This document shows, piece by piece, positions 60,707 through 64,000 of a stretch of 64,000 nucleotides of DNA. The stretch comes from an uncultured Nitrososphaerota archaeon (GTDB lineage: Archaea > Thermoproteota > Nitrososphaeria > Nitrososphaerales > Gagatemarchaeaceae), in contig CAVRAG010000007.1 of assembly GCA_963718895.1 (NCBI GenBank), forward strand, positions 256,001-320,000. The letters are read 5' to 3'. A program made the position numbers and the translations under genes. The notes below the pieces were generated by a model. The model had not been told where the DNA came from. It did no database searches and saw nothing but the letters and a program-made list of their open reading frames with translations. Numbering within the stretch: position 1 is the first letter of the stretch; each line of letters begins with the position of its first letter.

Positions 60707-63049
60707 GTGAAGGTGCGCAACAAACGCCAAGTGACGACCGCGCTCGTCTTGCTAACGCTTCTGCTCCTTGCCTCTTCTTCCCACTTCTCTGTTAGCGGCC
60801 AAGCCGTGGTGGCGACGAAGAACATCGGGGGTACTTCGTACGGCATCGCCTACGACTCCGCTAAGGGACAGGTATTCGTTACGCACTTCTTCAATGACAG
60901 CATCACCGTCCTCTCCGACTCCAACAACGGGGTTGTTGCGACCATCCATTTCGGTCAGAACTACGAGCCAACTGGTATTGCGTATGACTCAGCCAAAGGT
61001 GAACTGTTCGTGGCCAACTACGGAGCCAACACTGTCTCTGTCATTTCCGACGTGACAGACAAGGTGACCACGAACGTCTCGGTTGGGGCCTATCCGCAGG
61101 CGGTCGCATATGACTCCGGGAAGGGCGAGGTCTTCGTCGCAAGCGGCACCTCCAGGACCGCCGGGTCCGTCTCGGTTATCTCCGACGCGACCAACACAGT
61201 CCTAGCTACCATCCCCGTCGGGAATCAGCCTAGAGCAGTCGCCTACGACCAGGCTGATGGGGAGATCTTCGTAGCGGACTACGGGACGAACGCCGTATCG
61301 GTCATCTCCGACTCTACCAACTTGGTGGCCGCAACGGTAAACGTGGGAACTGGCCCATCGGGGATCACCTACGACTCTGCTAAGGGGGAGATCTTTGTAG
61401 CTAACTACGGCGACAACACTGTCTCGGTACTCAGCGGCGCAACCAACTCGGTGACCGCTACGATCGCTCCCAATCCGCACTTCGGGCCCCTCGGACCCGA
61501 CGGCCTAGCGTACGACTCCGCAACGGGCGAGATCTTCGTGGCCGATGAAGGCAACATCAGCACCAGCACTACGTCTGTGACAGTCATCACCGACGCGACC
61601 AACACTGTCACTGCGGCTGTCAACACCGGTTTCACTAACACGGTGATAGCATACGACTCCGCCAAAGGAGAGATGTTTGTCGGGAGTGACAACGATTTCA
61701 AGATCGCAGTCATCTCTGTAAGTGCTGCCCTCGTTAGCACGTCGGCAACTACCGGGTCCTCATCTGGATCATCTGGTGTTACGACGACTTCGTCATCGTG
61801 CTTCAGTTCGGGCTCCATCGGGGCTCAGCTCTCTGTGAGTTGCACGAGCTTCTCGTACAACACGGGTACGGCTTCAGGCGGTCCCGGCAGCGTAGGGGTC
61901 GGATTGGACCCTATCGGTCTGGCCTATGATCCCGCCACCGGAGAGGTTTTCGTGGCGGATTTCAGCAGTCCCGCAGTCGCAGCCATCTCTGACGCGACCA
62001 ATGCTGTGGCCGCGAGTGTCGAGGTACCCGGGCTCAACAATCCGGGGTTCCACTTTAGCCCGAGTCCCCAGTACATCGCCTACGACTCCGCCAAGGGCGA
62101 ACTCTTTGTGTCCAATCTCTATGGAAACTGTATCACGGTCATCTCGGATGCGACCAACGCCGTGGTCACGACGATCGACCTGGGACACGATTCAGCGAAC
62201 AACGGAATCGGAATGTACCCCGTAGACCTCGCCTACGACCCCGCGAAAGGCGAGATATTCGTGGTCAATCAGGGGAACACGACGATCGTCGGGCAGTACG
62301 ACGCGAGCGCAGGTAGCGTCTCTGTCATCTCGGATTCAACGAATTCGGTGGTAGCGAGCGTGCCCCTAGGCGATTTCCCCAGCGTCATAGCATACGACTC
62401 CGCCAAGGGAGAGATGTTCGTGGCCGAAGACGGGGCGATCCCTTCCAGCGTAAGCGCGTCAAACACGGCACACGGACAAATCTCAGTGATATCCGATACG
62501 ACCAACTCCGTGATCGCGAACGTGACCGTGGGACCGTTTCCAGACGGCATCGTCTACGACCCCGCCAAGGGCGAGGTGTATGTGGCTAGCTCAGGTAGCA
62601 CCACCATCGCAGGCGGCGTCTCGGTCATCTCAGACACGACAGACGCTGTGACCGCGACCGTGCCCCTGAACGGTGCAGGCGCAGTCGCCTACGACCCCGC
62701 CAAAGGCGAGGTGTTCGTCGTAACTCCAAGCACAAACACCACCGCAGTGATCTCTGACTCGACCAACTCCGTCGTCGGTACGAGATCCGCTGGTCCGGGT
62801 CCATTCTGGATTGTGTACGACTCTGCAAAGAACGAGTTCTTCGTATCGAATCCCAGTGCGGACACCGTCACCGTCCTCTCTGACGCAACTGCGTCATCGA
62901 CCACAACCACTACTTCAAGCAGCTCTGCCCTCCAGCCCTCGTACCTGGCGGTTGTAGCGGCCAACGTCGCCATCATCCTCGTCGTGGGTGCTTTCGCTGC
63001 GTTGAGAGGACGAAACAGACACTCCGCAACACTCGTCGCTCAAGACTGA
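60707..63049 (+). CDS. Cell-surface YVTN/YncE beta-propeller repeat protein (two propellers, C-terminal TM)
   Basis: ~14 repeats of IAYDSAKGE.FVA....VSVISD.TN.V; signal peptide; S/T linkers. Confidence 0.92.
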   Translation: MKVRNKRQVTTALVLLTLLLLASSSHFSVSGQAVVATKNIGGTSYGIAYDSAKGQVFVTHFFNDSITVLSDSNNGVVATIHFGQNYEPTGIAYDSAKGELFVANYGANTVSVISDVTDKVTTNVSVGAYPQAVAYDSGKGEVFVASGTSRTAGSVSVISDATNTVLATIPVGNQPRAVAYDQADGEIFVADYGTNAVSVISDSTNLVAATVNVGTGPSGITYDSAKGEIFVANYGDNTVSVLSGATNSVTATIAPNPHFGPLGPDGLAYDSATGEIFVADEGNISTSTTSVTVITDATNTVTAAVNTGFTNTVIAYDSAKGEMFVGSDNDFKIAVISVSAALVSTSATTGSSSGSSGVTTTSSSCFSSGSIGAQLSVSCTSFSYNTGTASGGPGSVGVGLDPIGLAYDPATGEVFVADFSSPAVAAISDATNAVAASVEVPGLNNPGFHFSPSPQYIAYDSAKGELFVSNLYGNCITVISDATNAVVTTIDLGHDSANNGIGMYPVDLAYDPAKGEIFVVNQGNTTIVGQYDASAGSVSVISDSTNSVVASVPLGDFPSVIAYDSAKGEMFVAEDGAIPSSVSASNTAHGQISVISDTTNSVIANVTVGPFPDGIVYDPAKGEVYVASSGSTTIAGGVSVISDTTDAVTATVPLNGAGAVAYDPAKGEVFVVTPSTNTTAVISDSTNSVVGTRSAGPGPFWIVYDSAKNEFFVSNPSADTVTVLSDATASSTTTTTSSSSALQPSYLAVVAANVAIILVVGAFAALRGRNRHSATLVAQD

Positions 63050-63135
63050 AGATCCGGACAGACATAGGGAGCACAAAACTGGGACGGTCGCCGGAGCAAG
63101 GAACTTAAGCTCAGGCCTGGGAAGGACTGGAAGAA

Positions 63136-63225
63136 TTGAGCAGACGGTGGATAAGAATCCTGAGCATCATCGTCATGCTTCTCCTGATTCTATCGGCCGT
63201 CGTCAGCATTCTGATCTCCATCTGA
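63136..63225 (+). CDS. 29-aa single-TM microprotein
   Basis: MSRRWIRILSIIVMLLLILSAVVSILISI; TTG 26 nt after CTTAAG box. Confidence 0.55.
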   Translation: MSRRWIRILSIIVMLLLILSAVVSILISI

Positions 63226-63412
63226 CCTTTCCTGGGACCTGTCCGTTGCTTCGAACGGAGACGGCCGGGGTTCTGACTTCGGGGTGAAAGACTCCGTCCA
63301 CGAACACGTCCTTGGGCTCGGCCGCAGGCGATGTCGAGATACGCCCGATGTGAGTAGCCGTTGCAGCAGCTACCGATAGCATGAATAGGCGCCCGCGGGG
63401 GGCTCGTGCAGC

Positions 63413-63637
63413 ATGACTCTCATCGGGGACGTAAGGGACTCGTTCAAAGCCAAGGATTTGGAGTTCGTGTCGCTGACAGACGCCGGGAACAATAGATCGC
63501 GATTGACCTACAAGGACGGAGGCAAACTGATGACGAGAGAATTCGGGATTCCCCTGTCCCAACTGGAGGAGACGGTCGAGGAGCTCGATATCATGGACCC
63601 TGACGACCTGGCTGAGTATCTGCTTAAGCTCCAATAG
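63413..63637 (+). CDS. Hypothetical protein (74 aa)
   Basis: Clean ORF with typical codon usage. Confidence 0.6.
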   Translation: MTLIGDVRDSFKAKDLEFVSLTDAGNNRSRLTYKDGGKLMTREFGIPLSQLEETVEELDIMDPDDLAEYLLKLQ

Positions 63638-63784
63638 CCGGCGGCCTCCAGTCCCTGCGACTTCTGACACTCTTTGGTCCATGTTCTGGGAAGATCCTCG
63701 AGAGGGTTCTCGAAGACACAGAGTGCTCCCCGGGCGATCATCCAGGGCGGAAGCTTATCTAGGGCAGGATAGCCCGAGGAGCAT

Positions 63785-64000
63785 TTGAACTACACCGAGC
63801 CTCACATACCGACCCCTGAGGACATCATCCCCAAGATGCTGACCATGGCCGCCGTGAAGCCGGGCGAGCTGGTCTATGACCTCGGCTCGGGGGACGGGAG
63901 ACTGGTCATTGCCGCGGCCAGGGACTTCGGAGCAAGGGCCGTCGGGGTGGAACTCAGGATGCGTCTTGTGAAGGAGTGCCGCAGGAAGGTCAGAGAGATG
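63785..64000 (+). CDS. Class I SAM-dependent methyltransferase (partial)
   Basis: PTPE....KML..A.VKPGE.VYDLGSGDGR.VI.AA..FGA.AVGVE. Confidence 0.9.
   Translation, partial: MNYTEPHIPTPEDIIPKMLTMAAVKPGELVYDLGSGDGRLVIAAARDFGARAVGVELRMRLVKECRRKVREM

Noticed and set aside
60780-62890. Recurrent TACGACTCCGC(C/T)AAG DNA repeats as a possible CRISPR or DGR array
   Set aside because: They are in-frame YDSAKG protein repeats with synonymous variation.

Overview
GC-rich archaeal chromosomal window. The archaeal histone, TFB, rps17e, Cgi121, deoxyhypusine synthase, archaeal TpiA, TATA-box promoters and a BHB tRNA intron support this. Gene content suggests, by inference only, an aerobic heterotrophic non-ammonia-oxidising Nitrososphaerota/TACK archaeon. 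It contains ileS, cysS, argS, four tRNAs (Cys-GCA, Glu-CTC, Arg-CCG with a 14-nt variable-loop intron, Gln-CTG), an A1-type heme-copper oxidase operon with blue-copper domains, an H+-PPase, a divergent type IV pilus-like locus ending in a HerA/VirB4-like ATPase, a tRNA-modification cluster, sugar-phosphate genes, a MoxR operon and amino-acid catabolism genes. An accessory region follows tRNA-Gln. Many genes carry single-base frameshifts, most likely assembly errors. The most unusual signal is at 13431-14402 (minus): a ~160-nt structured RNA-like element with its own TATA box and a K-turn closure. An HTH-LAGLIDADG homing endonuclease ORF is inserted in one hairpin loop, with its start and stop codons at the two arms of a 12-bp stem. 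Other notable signals are an exact 288-bp duplication of a cupredoxin domain, several unannotated micro-ORFs (30-aa hyperacidic, 38-aa CPxCG zinc finger, 37-aa mini-pilin, 29-aa TM peptide) and pervasive TTG starts at leaderless spacing.
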